Below, in pieces: positions 10,525-23,687 of a stretch of DNA of 64,000 nt. The notes under the pieces are model-generated. The model had not been told where the DNA came from. It did not search any database and saw only the letters and a list, made by a program, of their open reading frames with translations. The stretch comes from Chiloscyllium plagiosum (taxonomy: Eukaryota): contig NC_057720.1 of the NCBI RefSeq assembly GCF_004010195.1, forward strand, positions 8,723,665-8,787,664, in the 5' to 3' direction. Position 1 is the first letter of the stretch. Every line of letters starts with the position of its first letter. The position numbers were made by a program, and so were the translations under genes.

Positions 10525-11310
10525 CATGGAGTCAAACAGCATGTCCCCCCATGTCTATGTAGACCAAAAAAGACAAAACCACACCAATCCCATTTACCTA
10601 CATTTGGTCCATTGTCTACTATGGTCTGAAATTTTAAGTGCTCATCCAAATGCTTCTTGAACAATGTGAAAATACTTGCTTCCACCACCCTCTTAGGCAG
10701 CATATTTCTATCACCATCTGGGTGAAATAAAGTCCCTGTATCCCATCTAAGCCACTACTCCACACCTTAAACTTATGCCCTCTGGCCTACAATACATCTG
10801 TCATGCAGAAAAGATTCTTACAATTTACCTTGTCCATGCCTCTCATAACTTTGAATGCCTCACTCAGATCCGAGCCCCTCTCCCTCAGCCTCCTCTGCTC
10901 CAAGGAAAACAAACCCAGCCAATCCAGTCTCTCCTCATAACTGAGACTTTCAATCCCAGACAACATCCTGGCGAAACTCCTTTGCTCTCACTTCAGTCCA
11001 ATCACGTCCTTCTGATGGTACGTTGACCAGAACAGCGCACAGTATTCCGTCACTCACCTAACCAATGCTTTATAAAGTTGTAACAGGGCTTCCCTGCCCC
11101 TGGATTCGAAGTCCCATCTCAGGAAGGCAAGCATCCCATATGCCATCTTCTTCACCCTTTGCTGACACCTTTAGGGAACAATGGATTTGTGCACTGAGGT
11201 CCCTTTGTTCCTCAGTGGTAAGCACCTACAATTCATTGCGCATATTCTTCCCCTGTGAGACCTCCAAAAACGGGTCACCTCATATTCATCAGGATTAAAT
11301 TCTTGCCTGC
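10525..11310 (-). mobile_element. CR1 LINE 3' fragment, older subfamily
   Basis: cagcctcctctgctccaaggaaaacaaacccagc...gaccagaacagcgcacagtattcc, typical CR1 C-terminal region on minus. Confidence 0.8.
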
Positions 11311-11477
11311 TGATCAGTATTGGAGTTATGGTCTCATTCTCCATGCCTTTTAACCTTTTCCGCTCTCACTCTGGAGTCTTTACTTCTTGCAGTAAATATT
11401 ACTTCATGCACTTATCACTCTCGCTATACTAGATTTCGGCTTTGAACTAAATTCACAGATAAATCACTTTGAAGCCC

Positions 11478-11602
11478 TGACTCACTCAGGCAAAGTCTCC
11501 TTCACATTAATCATGCTCTTTACTGAGCATCATCGCAAAATCTGAGGAGGACTGTGCAGATGCTGCTTCTCCTGGTTAAATCTTTCCAGCATTATATAAA
11601 AA
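11478..11602 (+). promoter_or_regulatory. Candidate Pol II core promoter (AP-1 site and TATA box)
   Basis: TGACTCA 11478-11484 and TATATAAAAA 11593-11602 in a TE-free island. Confidence 0.3.
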
Positions 11603-12059
11603 CTGGCAGCATCCATGCTGTCATAGTGCCGAATACAAAAGAGACACATCTGTCCGACTGTCAGCTGTAAGTGGCACAGACCTCAAGGGGACCAACAGGA
11701 AGCCAGGGCCCCAGACATCTAACAGGAATTCAGCTCCTGAAGATATAGTGAAGACTTGGAAATTGAAAAATTTCTGTACCACACTTCTGGCCAAAGGGGC
11801 TACACCCAAAACGTTGGCCAGTCTCCCTCAGATGTTAAGAGACCTGCTTCTCAGCACACTTCACACCAGCTCTGAATTTTCACATTTTCATCATTCTTCT
11901 GTTTGTCTCCTTCTTCCTCTGGAGATTGGCTGTCTCTTAGCAACTCTAAAGTAGGTAACTCATTGCAGTTAAACACTCATCCTTTCCAGAAACAGAGAAT
12001 CGATAAAAGTAAAAAACTACGAGGGGAAAAAGAAATAGCTAAACATTCATAGAGAGTAC

Positions 12060-12154
12060 ATGACAAGTATCAAAGACATTTTCTCCTTTCTAAACTGTTC
12101 TTTGGATACAACTGCCATCTGTGACAAAAGTGAAAGATTTATCCAAATGCAAAG
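12060..12154 (+). CDS. Candidate first coding exon, unidentified (MTSIKDIFSFLNCSLDTTAICDKSERFIQMQ-)
   Basis: ATG at 12060, open to the AAG|GTAAGC donor at 12155, downstream of the TATA box; weak Kozak context; no homology recognised. Confidence 0.2.
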
Positions 12155-12494
12155 GTAAGCCTAAGTTTCCCAGAGGTGTGTGATCCTTCCATTTGTACTA
12201 ATTTCAGTAGAATTATCCTCAGTTGATGCTTTTGGAACATATGAGTAGCACTGACACATAAAAGAAAATAAAGGGAAAGTATCTTCCTCAAAACAGATTA
12301 GAATTGAATTCAATTTCTTACAGGCTTGCTCAAGATAAGTTCTATATTATCAGCATGCAAGAGGATGAAGAGATTCAATATAGTGTCTGCTGTTAAGAGG
12401 GTCTTGCTCTCATTCTAAGCTAACGAAGATGCTCAATACCTTAAACTCTCACCCCACTCATTCTTACCTCTAGACTCAATTGTTCCAACACTCA

Positions 12495-12805
12495 AAGAAC
12501 AAAGAACAAGGAAAATTACAGCACAGGAACAGGCCCTTTGGCCCTCCCAGCCTGCATCAATCCAGATCCTCTACCTTAACCTGTCTGCTATTTTCTAAAG
12601 ATCTGTATCCCTTTGCTCCTTGCACATTCATGTATCTGTTTCGATACATCTTAAATGGCATTATTGTTCCTGTCTCTATCACGTCCACTGGCAACGTGTT
12701 CCAAGCACCCATCACCCTCTGCGTAAAGAACTTTCCATACATATCTCCCCTAAACTTTTCCCCTCTCACATTGAACTTGTGAATCCTAGCAATTGAGTTC
12801 CACAC
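12495..12805 (-). mobile_element. CR1 LINE 3' end
   Basis: GKFFTQRVMGAWNTLP; aacaggccctttggccc stem-loop and (aaagaac)n tail. Confidence 0.88.
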
Positions 12806-13319
12806 TCATCTAGAATATTATCTATCTTCCGTGGTGTCAACACCCTAATCTCTGCTGTCACCCCCATCCCACCCCAAGACGTTATCCACTACTCCTTCCT
12901 AATTCAATCCCAGTTGCAAACCTTACTCAAAACAATGTCCTGACTCATCAGTGATAAACTACCCAATCAGAAAACAAGAAGCAAAATGTGACAGTTAATT
13001 GTCAATCATTAATTGGTGCATTCATCATGGTAAAGCCTCTACAAATCAGTCCACTTGACAACTTCTTATGAGATACGAATGTTGGTTTTCCGCTTGAATT
13101 TGTGTGCATAAGAATTGTCCTGATGGGTGCAAGGCAAAAGATTTGTTTTTTTTTACACAACAATAAAGTTGTACACTATCAATTTTTTTCTTCATTTTCT
13201 TTATTTTTTATTTCATGGAACAAGACAATAAGAAAGAGGAACAGGAATAAGCCATCTAATATGATCATGGTTGATCTGATAGTCCTCACATCCACTTACA
13301 CTTGAAGTGAGTACCTTTG

Positions 13320-13450
13320 TTGAGCTATTTCCAACATCAGTTAAGAGTCAACTACATTGCCGTGGGTCTGGAATCTCATGTACTCCAGACCAGGTAAAAA
13401 CATCAGATTTCCTTCCTTGGTCGTCAGTAGTCAACCAGACAGGATTTTAT
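13320..13450 (-). mobile_element. SINE family B fragment
   Basis: cagttaagagtcaactacattgccgtgggtctggaatctcatgt...agatttccttcc. Confidence 0.65.
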
Positions 13451-13479
13451 AGATCATTTTACCATTGATCAATGAATAA

Positions 13480-14078
13480 AAGGTCTTGGTTAAGCCATGC
13501 TCGGAACATTATGACTGGTGTGGACTCCTTAATTGAGGAAAGATGTTCTGATGATGGAGGGAGTATGATGAATATTTACCAGGCTGATTCCTGGGATGGC
13601 AGAACTGACGTATGAAGAGAGGTTGGTTCAGTTAGAACTATATTCAAATGGGATTAGATGAATGCGTGGGATCTCAGAACACAACTTTGTTGGAACATTA
13701 TAACAAAACTAGACAGGGTGAATAGAGAAAGGATATTCCTGATATCTGGGGAGTCTAAAACAGAAGGTGGCAGTCAAAGAATACAATGTAGGACATTTAT
13801 ATCTGAGATGAGGAGACATTTTATCACCCAGACACTGGTGAATCTGCCCAATTCTCTGCCAGGGAAAGCAGTTCAGGCCAAAACATTGAGTATTTTCAAG
13901 AAGGATTGAGTTAGAAGGCTTGAGCTGTAAAGAGAGGCTGAATAGTCTTGGGCTATTTTCCCTGGAATGTCAGGGGCTGAGGGGTGACTTTGTAGAGATT
14001 TATAAAATCATGAGGATCATGGATTGGGTAAATAGATAAGGTCTTTTCCCCAGAGTAGGGGAGTCCAAAACTAGAGGT
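13480..14078 (+). mobile_element. Two abutting CR1 3' fragments
   Basis: LDRVNRERIF..EMRRHFITQTLVNLPNSLPGKAV and a second RERLNSLGLFSLE..GDFVEIYKIMR segment. Confidence 0.75.
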
Positions 14079-16082
14079 CCAAAACCCTGATCGTGTTTTC
14101 GGGATCCTTGGGGTGGGATGGGGAGCAACCTCAAGTCATGGTCCACATAGGCACCGACGTCATAGGTAGGAAGAGAGTTGGGGATTTAAGGCAGAAATTC
14201 AGGGTGCTAAGGTGGAAGCTTAGAGTTAGAACAAACAGAGTTGTGATCTCTGGTTTGTTGCCCGTGCTTCGTGCTAGCAAGGCAAGGAAAAAGGAGAGAG
14301 AGAAGTTGAACATGTGGCTACAGGGATAGTGCAGGAGTGAGGGTTTTGAATTCATAGTTAATCGGGGCTCATTCTGGGGTAGGTGGGACCTCTACAAACA
14401 GGATGGTCTTCACCTGAACCAAAGGGGTACCAATACCCTGAGGGAGAAATTTGCTAAGACTGTTCAGGTGGGTTTAAACTAATTCAGAAGGGGGCTGGAA
14501 GCCAAAATTGTAGTTCGAGTGTACAGGAGGTTGAGTGTAGTGAGGTCAGAAATAAGGTTTCAAGGTCGCAAGAAAGCACCTGCAAGCATGAAAGTGGTTT
14601 GAGGTGTGTGCACTTCAGCACTAGGAGTATCTGAAATGAGGTGGGTGAACTTGCAGCATGAGTCGGTACCTGGGATTTTGTGGCCATTTCGGAGATATGG
14701 ATATAGCAAGGACAGGAATGATTATTGCAGGTTCTGGGATTTAGATGTTTCAGTAAGAACAGAGAAAATGTTAAAAGCGGGTAGTGTGATATTGCTAGTC
14801 AAGGATAGTATTACAGTGGCAGAAAGGATGTTTGAGGACTTGCCTACTGAGGTAGTATGGACTGAGGTTAGAAACAGGAAAGGAGTTAGAAACAGCAAAT
14901 AGTTCCAGAGATGTGCAGGATAGGATAACAAAGATGATTCTCGATAGGAGTGAGAATGACAGGGTAGTTGCTATGGGGGCCTTTAACTTTCCAAATATCG
15001 ACTGGGAATATGACAGTTCAAGTATTTTAAACAGTCAGTTTTTGTCCAGTGTGTTTCCTGACACAGTATGTAGACAGGCTAACAAGGGGCAAGGCCACAT
15101 TGGATTTGGTAATGAACCCAGCCAAGTGTTAGATTTGGAGGTAGGTGAGCACTTTGGTGATAGTGACCGCAATTCTGTTATGTTTACTTTAGTGATGGAG
15201 AGGGACAGGTATATCCCACAGGGCAAGAGTTATAGCTGGGGAAAAGGCAATTATGATGCATTTTGGCAAGATTTAGGATGCTGAGGATGGGGAAGGAAGC
15301 TTCAGGGATGGGTACAATTGAAATGTGGAGCTTATTGAAGGAACAGCTACTGAAGGTCCTTGATAAGTATGTTCCTGTCAGGCAGGGAGGAAGTTGTCGA
15401 GCGCGGGAGCCGTGGTTTACACAGGAAATTCAGTCTATTGTCAAGGGGAAGGAGAAGGCTTATGTTAGGATGAGATGTGATGGCTCATTTAGGGACTTGA
15501 GAGTTACAAGTTATCCAGGAAAGACCTAAAAAGAGAGCGAAGAGCCAGGAAGGGACATGACAATTTGTTGGTGGAAAGGATCAAGGAAAACCCTAAGGTT
15601 TTCTATAGATATACCAGGAATAAAAGAATGACTGGAGTAAGATATGGACCAATCAAGCATAGTAGTGAGAAGTTGTGGAGTCAGAGGAGACGGGGTAAGC
15701 GCTAAATGAATAATTTTCATCAGTATTCACACTAGAAAAAGACAACATGGTTGAGGAGAATACTGAGATACAGGCTACTAGACAAGATGGGATTGAGGTT
15801 CACAAGGAGGAGATGTTCACAATTCTGGAAAGTGTAAACATAGAAAAGTCCCCTGGGCCAAAAGGGATTTATCCGTGGATACTCCAGGATGGCAGTGAGG
15901 AGATCGCCGAGCCTTTGGCTTTGATTTTTATGTGGTCACTGCCTACAGGAATAGTGCCAGAAGACTGAAGGAGAGCAAATGTTGTCCCCTTGTTCAAGAA
16001 ATGGAGTAGAGGCAACTCTGGTAATTATAGACCAGTGAGCCTTACTTCGGTTGTAGGTAAAGTGTTAGAAAGGGTTTTCAGA

Positions 16083-16393
16083 GATTAGATTTTTTTTAGA
16101 TTACTTTACAATGTGGAAACAGGCCCTTCGGCTCAACAAGTCCACATCGACCTGCCGAAGCGCAACCAATCCATACCCCTCACCTAACACTACGGACAAT
16201 TTAGCAAGGCCAATTCAGCTGGCCTGCACATTTTTGGACTGTGAGAGGAAACCGGAGCACCCGGAGGAAACCCACGCAGACACGGGAAGAATGTGCAAAC
16301 TCCACACAGTGAGTCGCCTGAGACGGGAGTTGAACCCGGGTCTCTGGCGCTGTGAGGCAGCAGTGCTAACCACTGTGCCACCGTGCCGCCCAC
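16083..16393 (-). mobile_element. HE1-like V-SINE, full length, young
   Basis: Complete head (ccgtgccgccc), V-domain and tail; CpG-rich. Confidence 0.93.
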
Positions 16394-16613
16394 TATGGTG
16401 TACCGCAAGGATCTGTCTTGGGTCCACTGCTGTTTGTCATTTTCATAAATGACCTGGAGGAAGGTATAGAAGGATGGGTTAATAAATTTGCAGATGACAC
16501 AAAGGTCGGTAGAGTTGTGGATTGCATTGAAAGATGTTGTAGGTTATAGAGGAACATGGAAAAGCTGCAGAGCTGGGCTAAAAGGTGGCAAATGGAGTTT
16601 AATGCAAAAATGT

Positions 16614-19600
16614 CAGAGAATCATAGAGATGTACTGCACAGAAACAGACCCTTCAGTCCATGCTGACCAGATATCCCAATCCAATCTAGTCCCACCTGCC
16701 AGCACCCGGCCCAAATCCTTCCAACCCTTCCTATTCATATACCCATCCAGATGCCTTTTAAATGTTGCAATTGTACCAGCCTCAACCACTTCCTCTGGCA
16801 GCTCATTCCACATATGCATCACCCTCTGCGTGAAAATGTTTCCCCTTAGGTCTCCATTATATCTTTCCCCTCTCACCCTAAACATATGTCCTCTAGTTCT
16901 GGACTCCACTTTGTCTATTTACCCTATCCATGCCCCTCATGATTTTATAAACCTCCATAAGGTCACCGCTCAGCCTCCGACGCTCCAGGGAAAACAGCCC
17001 CAACCTATTCAACCACTCCCTATAGCTCAAATCCTCCAACCCTGGCAACATCCTTGCAAATCTTTTCTGAACCCTTTCAAGTTTCACAACATCTTTCCAA
17101 CAGGAAGCAGACCAGAATTGCACACAATATTCCAAAAGTGGCCTAATCAAAGTCCTGTACAGCCACAACAAGACGTCCAAACTCCTGTACTCAATACCCT
17201 GACCAATAACGGAACGCATACCAAACACCTTCTTCACTCTCCTGTCTACCTGTGATTCTACTTCCAAAAAACCAAGGTCTCTTTGTTCAGCAACACTCCC
17301 TGGGACCTTACCATTAAGTGTATAAGTCCTGCTAAGGTTTGCTTTCCCAAAATGCAGCACCTCGCATTTATCTGAATTAAACTCCATCTGCCACATCTCA
17401 GCCCATTGGCCCATCTGATCAAGATCTTGTTGTAATTTGAGATAATCTTCTTTGTTGTCTACTACACCTCTAATTTTGGTGTCATCTGCAAACTTACTAA
17501 CTATACCTCTTATGCTCACATTTAAATCATTTATATAAATGACGAAAAGGCCTGGACACAGCACCGATCCTTGTGGCACTCCACTGGTCACAGGCTTCTA
17601 GTCTGAAAAACAACCCTCCACCACCACCCTCTGTCTTCTACCTTTGAGCCAGATCTGTATCAAATTGGCTAGTTCTCCCTGTATTAACCTTGGTAACCAG
17701 TCTCCCATGGGGAAACTTGTTGAACGCCTTACTGAAGTCCATTTAGATCACATCTATATAGATGTGAAGTCCATATAGATCACTCTACCCTCATCAGTCC
17801 TCTTTGTTACTTCTTCAAAAAACTCAGTGAAGTTTGTGAGACATGATTTCCCAAGCACAAAGCGATGTTGACTATCCCTAACCAGTTTTTGCCTTTCTGA
17901 ATCCATGAACTTCCTGTTCCTCAGGATTCTCTCCAACAACTTGCCACTACAATGTCAAGCTCACCGATCTATAGTTCCCTGGCTTGTCTTTACCACCCTT
18001 CTTAAACAGTGGCATCACGTTAGCCAAGCTCCAGTCTTCCGGCCCCTCACTTGTTACTATCGATGATTCAAACATCTCAGCAAGAGGCCCAGCAATCACT
18101 TCTCTAGCTTCCCACAGAACTTCTAGAGTACACCTGATCAGGTCCTGGGGATTTATCCATTTTTTATGCATTTCAAGACATCCAGCACTTCTTCCTCTGT
18201 AATATGGACATTTTTCAAGATGTCACCATCTTTTCCCTACATTCTATATCTTCTGATGCAAAATACTTGTTTAGTATCTCCCCGATCTCCTGCAGCTCCA
18301 CACAAAGGCTGCCTTGCTGATCTTTGAGGGGCTCTATTCTCTCCCAACTTACCCTTATGTCCTTAATGTATTTGTAAAAACTCTTTAGATTCTCCTTAAC
18401 TTTATTTGTCAAAGCTATCTCATGTCCCCTTTTTGCCCTCCTGATTTCCCTCTTAAGTATTGTCATACTACCTTCATACTGTAAGGAATCACTTGATCTA
18501 TCCTGTCTATACCTGACATATGCTTCCTTCTTTTAACCAAACCCTCAATTTCTTTAGTTATCCAGCATTAGATTAGATTAGATTACTTACAGTGTGGAAA
18601 CAGGCCCTTCGGCCCAGCAAGTCCACACCGACCCGCCGAAGCGTAACCCACCCAGACCCATTCTCTTACATTTACCCCTTCACCTAACACTACGGGCAAT
18701 TTAGCATGGCCAATTCACCTAACCTGCACATTTTTTGGATTGTGGGAGGAAACCGGAGCACCCGGAGGAAACCCACGCAGACACGGGGAGAATGTGCAAA
18801 CTCCACACAGAGAGTCGCCTGAGGCGGGAATTGAACCCGGGTCTCTGGCGCTGTGAAGCAGCAGTGCTAACCACTGTGCTACCGTGCCGCCCACAAAACA
18901 ATCTCTATACCAATCAACATTTTCTTTCACCCTAACAGGAATATACTTTCTCTGGACTCTCCGTGGCTCATTTCTGAAGGCTTCTCATTTTCCAGCCGTC
19001 CCTTTACCTGCGAACATCTGTCCCCAATCAGCTTTTGAACGTTCTTGCCTAATACCGTCAAAATTGGCCTTTCTCCAATTTAGAACTTCAACTTTTAGAT
19101 CTGGTCTATCCTTTTCCATCACTATTTTAAAACGAATAGAATTATGGTTGCTGGCCCCAAAGTGCTTCCCCACTGACACCTCAGTCACCTGCCCTGCCTT
19201 ATTTCCCAAAAGTAGGTCAAGTTTTGCACCTTCTCTAGTAGGTACATCCACATACTGAATCAGAAAATTTTCTTTTACACACTTAACAAATTCCTCTCCA
19301 TCCAAACCCTTATCATTATGGTAGTCCCAGTCTATGTTTGGAAAGTTAAAATCCCCTACCAAAACCATCCTATTATTCTTACAGATAGCTGAGACCTCCT
19401 TACAAGCTTGTTTCTCAATTTCCCTCTGACTATTAGGGGGTCTACAATATAATCCCAAGAAGGTGATCATCCTTTTCTTATTTCACAGTTCCACCCGAAT
19501 AACTTCCCTGGATGTATTTCCAGGAATATCCTCCCTCAGTACAGCTATAATGCTAACTCTTATCAAAAACATCACTCCCCCTCCTCTCTTGCCTCCCTTT

Positions 19601-19677
19601 CTGTCCTTCCTGTAGCATTGTCTCTTTTAACATTAACTGCCAGTCCTGTCCATCCCTGAGCCATGTTTCTGTAATTG
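16614..19677 (-). mobile_element. CR1 (HER1-like) LINE, nearly complete decayed ORF2, nested antisense within the plus-strand CR1
   Basis: Minus ORFs: YCRPPN..VGDFNFPNIDW (APE), [48 protein letters not shown]. Confidence 0.92.
18568..18893 (-). mobile_element. HE1-like V-SINE, full length, young
   Basis: (gatta)n tail, intact A/B boxes and V-domain. Confidence 0.94.
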
Positions 19678-20436
19678 TGTGAGGTGAATCACTTTGGAAG
19701 GAGTGACAGGAATGCAGAGTACTGGACTAATGCCATGATTCCTTTAGTGTCAAGGAGCAGAGAGATCTTGGTGTCCAAGCACATAGATCCTTGAAAGTTG
19801 CCACCCAGGTTGATAGGTTTGTTAAGAAGGCATATGGTGTGTTAGCCTGTATTGGCAGAGGGATTGAGTTTTGGAACCATGAGGTCATGCTGCAGCTGTA
19901 AAAAACTCTGGTGTGACCACACTTGGAGTATTACAGTTCTGGTCACCGCATCATAGGAAGGATGTGGAAGCTTTGGAAAGGGTTCAGAGGAGATTTACTA
20001 GGATGTTGCCTGGAATGGAAGGAAGGTCTTACGAGGAAAGGCCGAGGGACTTGAGGCTGTTTTCATTAGAGAGAAGGTTGAGAGGTGACTTAATTGAGAC
20101 ATATAAGGTAATTAGAGGATTAGATAGGATGGACCGTGAGAGCATTTTTCCTTGGATATTGATGGATAGCACGAGGGGACATAGCTTTAAAGTGAGGGGT
20201 GATATATATAGGACAAATGTCAGAGGTAGTTTCTTTACTCAGAGAGTAATAGGGGCGTGGAACTCAATGCCTGCAACAGTGGTAGACTTGCCAACTTCAA
20301 GGCATTTAAGCGGTCATTGATAGGCGTGTGGACGAGAATGCAATAGTGCAGGTAAGATGGGCTTCAAATTGATTTCACAGGTTGGTGCAACATTGAGGGC
20401 CAAAGGGCTTGTGCTACGCTGTAATGTTTTATTTTC

Positions 20437-20720
20437 CATAGAGGGCATAGGTTTCGGGTAAGAGGGGAAAGATTTAAAAGGGACCTCGGGGCAACAGTTT
20501 CACACAGAGGGTAGTGTGTGTATGAAATGAGTTGACAGGGGAAGTTGTGGAGGCTGGTACAATTACCACATTTAAAAGGCTTCTGGATATATGAATAAGA
20601 AGGGTTTAGAGGGATATGGGTCAAATGCTGGCAAATGGGACTACATTAATTTAGGATATCTGGTCGACATGGACAAGTAGGACTGAATGGCCTGTTTCTG
20701 TGCTGCACAATTCTCTATCT
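20437..20720 (+). mobile_element. CR1 LINE 3' end
   Basis: agagggcataggtttcgggtaagaggggaaag...ggactgaatggcctgtttctgtgctg. Confidence 0.85.
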
Positions 20721-20772
20721 CAAAGGAGTTAAATATTGTTATAAGGGCTAAAGAGATTGATTAGCAGCAACT

Positions 20773-20968
20773 AGGAGATCATGAGGACTGCAGATGCTGG
20801 AGAAGCCAGAGTCGAAAAAGTGTGGTGCTGGAAAAAGCACAGCAAGTCAGGCAGCATCTGAGGAGCAAAAGAGTACCTGATGAAGGGCTATGCTCAAAAT
20901 GTCAACTCTCTTGCTCCTCAGATGCTGCCTGACCTGCTGTGCTTTTACCAGCACCACACTTTATCAAT
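20773..20968 (-). mobile_element. PLE family-1 hairpin unit, older
   Basis: Inverted arms aagtgtggtgctggaaaaagcacagc / gctgtgcttttaccagcaccacactt; central cctgatgaagggctatgctcaaaatgtc. Confidence 0.82.
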
Positions 20969-21580
20969 TCTTAAGGGATTAGTAACAGCCTTGATACATC
21001 TATGGGTTGAGGATTGAGAGATTACATGTAGGTCCAGAGAGGAACCTTGGAGGTAGCCAGCTACATAGAAACTTTGCACAGTGTCACTTTGATGTCTTCT
21101 GGGATAGCATGGCCACCAACCCCTTCAGGTGTCAAATCCCACACCACCACATGGCATCATCCTATGACATTGTTCCAGGACATCCTCAGTCCGTGGTGAC
21201 ACCATGTCTCATAATTTGGAGGAAATGGCGTTGAGGAAATCATATATAAATGAGATGAGATTAACTACTAGAGAGATCCACACCTCATTATTCAAACTGG
21301 GTGGAATATCATATTTTTTTCCTCAACATTGAAATTTTATTTTTGTAATCTTGCCACATTTTCCCAGTTGACTTGCCATTGTCCATGCCTTGGAAAATTC
21401 AGAATATTAATTAGATGTAGCTGCAGGACAAACATTTTAAATTTCAGTTCAGTAATCAAGAACAAATTCCATAATGTTATCTGCAATAGCCTGTAGGCTT
21501 AGGAAGTCAAGTCATTCGATCAAGTGAAAATTCAGCTCCATGTCTTTCCAATTAAACCAGCCTATTTAGTAACTAACATG

Positions 21581-21652
21581 AACGCTCCAAAAGCTAGTGC
21601 TTCCAATTAAACCTGTTGAACTATAACCTGGCGTTGTGTGGTTTTTAACTTT
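21581..21652 (+). mobile_element. PLE family-2 single arm
   Basis: gctccaaaagctagtgcttccaattaaacctgttgaactataacctgg. Confidence 0.75.
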
Positions 21653-21939
21653 GAAATAAACTACTTCTTCCATACAACAGCTACTATTAGAACAAGGAGT
21701 ATTTTTTCCCTACCACACTGGACCAAATGGGCCAGGCAGGTATTTATGATTAATAGAGGATAATGGTAGCAAACTGTTAAATTCTGGGAAGGACCAGGAG
21801 GTTGAAACATTAAACGGCAGAAGCTTTATTATGGAAATGGTGACTCTACAGGAGGCCAGATTAGATTATGTTGCTTCTTGCTCAAAATGCCCAATGGTAT
21901 CGTCATAATGTCACGTGACTGGACTCTTACAATCATGTG

Positions 21940-22148
21940 GAGATAGTGAGAACTGCAGATTCTGGAAAGTCACAGTGGATAAAGAGTTGAGCTAAGAAAG
22001 CATAGCAGGTCAAGCAGCATCAGAGGAGAAGGAGAGTCGATGTTTCAGTCCTGATGAAAGGTCCCGACCTCAAATATCAACTCCCCTTCTCCTCGAATGC
22101 TACTTAACCTGCTGTGCTTTCTCCAGCTCCACTCTTCACCCTTCACTC
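21940..22148 (-). mobile_element. PLE family-1-related hairpin unit, old
   Basis: Imperfect inverted arms around cctgatgaaaggtcccgacctcaaatatc. Confidence 0.72.
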
Positions 22149-22489
22149 TTATAGTTACAGTCCACCTTACTTACACAACTACAGAACACAAATCTACCTC
22201 ATCGTGAGAGGGAGACTCAACTGAACTACAAAGGCAGCATCCAGAAGATGTTACTCTATCCTCCATTCTCAATGTCTCCATAGCATGTCAATGTACGTCA
22301 GCTTGTACTCTCTCATGATACTGCAACAGTTGTCTCCTTTCCTCAAGATATTTGCTCATGTCTAAGCAAGTCTCCTGAAGCAAACGAAGGAATAAATAAA
22401 GCATACTGCAAAAGGTTATGGTTAAATTCAAACTGTAGGCACTTTATTTTGTGTGAGGCTTTAAGGAATTTGAAAAAAAAACAGCATTG

Positions 22490-22695
22490 TGAGAGAAGGT
22501 CACCAGACATGGTGGGGTTCCCATGTATCTGCTGCCCTTGTCCTTCTATCTGGAAGGTGCTGTCTAAGGAGCTTTGGTGAATTTCTGCGGTGCATTTTGT
22601 AGATAGCACACTGAGAGTGCATGGTAGAGGGAGTGAATGCATGTAGATATGGTGCCAATCAAACAGGCTGCTTTGTCCTAGATGGCATCAACATT
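22490..22695 (-). mobile_element. L2/Crack-like LINE 3' fragment
   Basis: Reverse complement matches 43560-43760 (cactccctc..cagcagtgtgc..atgcactgcaga). Confidence 0.6.
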
Positions 22696-23262
22696 ACTTG
22701 CTAGCCTCTGACATGTGCTGTGATGATTCTTGCACTGTACTGTTACGACATTGAGATGATGTTTAATCATAGCTGTCAGTTGATTTTATCTCGGATTTAA
22801 CCTGGGAGTTTTCTGTGAATGACTCACTAACATTTAAACGCTGGTTACATTTGAATTTAAAGTTAACCTGCATTAATTATCTGATTACTTTCAAATCAGA
22901 ACCTAATGAAAATAATCTTAAGATGTTAGCCAAAGATGTAAATGGAATGATATTCTCACATATTACTTCAAAATTAACTTCAAATCCTGCAAACAGTCTG
23001 TTACTAGGACACAACTGGCATGATGTATTCATTTGCAAACAGTATTTTTGCTGAATTGCATGAGATGCTTTCTTCGTCTGTTCCACTTTCTGTATCACAC
23101 TTCACGTCCCACGCACAATTCCCAAAGTCAAAGACACAGCTACACATGGTTGGCTTCAGTGTTATTTGCTAATGGAAAATCTCAGCCAAATAGGTATGCA
23201 GTTCACTGATTGATGAGCAGGTTGGGGGAGGCCATCTTGCCCAATAACACTCAACAACTGAC

Positions 23263-23510
23263 AATAAGAACATAAGAACACAAGAAATAGGTACAGGAGA
23301 AGACCACTGCACCCCTTCAGCCTGATCTGCTATTCACTAGCATCATGGTTGATCCAACATTGCTTGTGTTCACTTTCCTGCCTTTTCCCCATGATCCATG
23401 ATTTCCCCAACTGATCAAGAATCTATCCCTCTCAGTCTTCAATATACATGAGAAGTTACAGCTCTCTGCGAAAGGATTTCCAAAGACTCATAACCCCCGA
23501 GACAAGAAAC
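23263..23510 (-). mobile_element. CR1 LINE 3' tail
   Basis: (ataagaac)n tail, aggagaagacca..cccttcagcctg..attca. Confidence 0.7.
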
Positions 23511-23687
23511 CTCGACTGAAGCATTGCATCTGTCTGAAGAGGATATGGGACAAGTTCCTAAGATGTTCTCAGGGCCACTCTCAGCTGAAGAGACCCTAAA
23601 AACTGGGCTACATTGCACAGTGCACGCTTCTTAATGACAATTGGTAAATATTGGAATCCATGGGTTATGCAAGGCGCTATTTGTAAG

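Larger units (their letters stand above)
14090..20435 (+). mobile_element. Long decayed CR1 LINE (ORF1 esterase end + ORF2 APE/RT) split by nested HE1 and an antisense CR1
   Basis: SGNH-like VMVHIGTD..VVISGLLPV..DGLHLNQRG (14090-14480); APE GAFNFPNIDW and GDSD; RT segments ..YRPVSLTS.., [17 protein letters not shown]; frame resumes at ~19678 and ends in the 3' tail near 20430. Confidence 0.88.

Noticed and set aside
16488..17255. Longest ORF in the track (255 aa, plus)
   Set aside because: Mostly the antisense frame of a CR1 RT/3' region fused across an insertion junction; not a gene.
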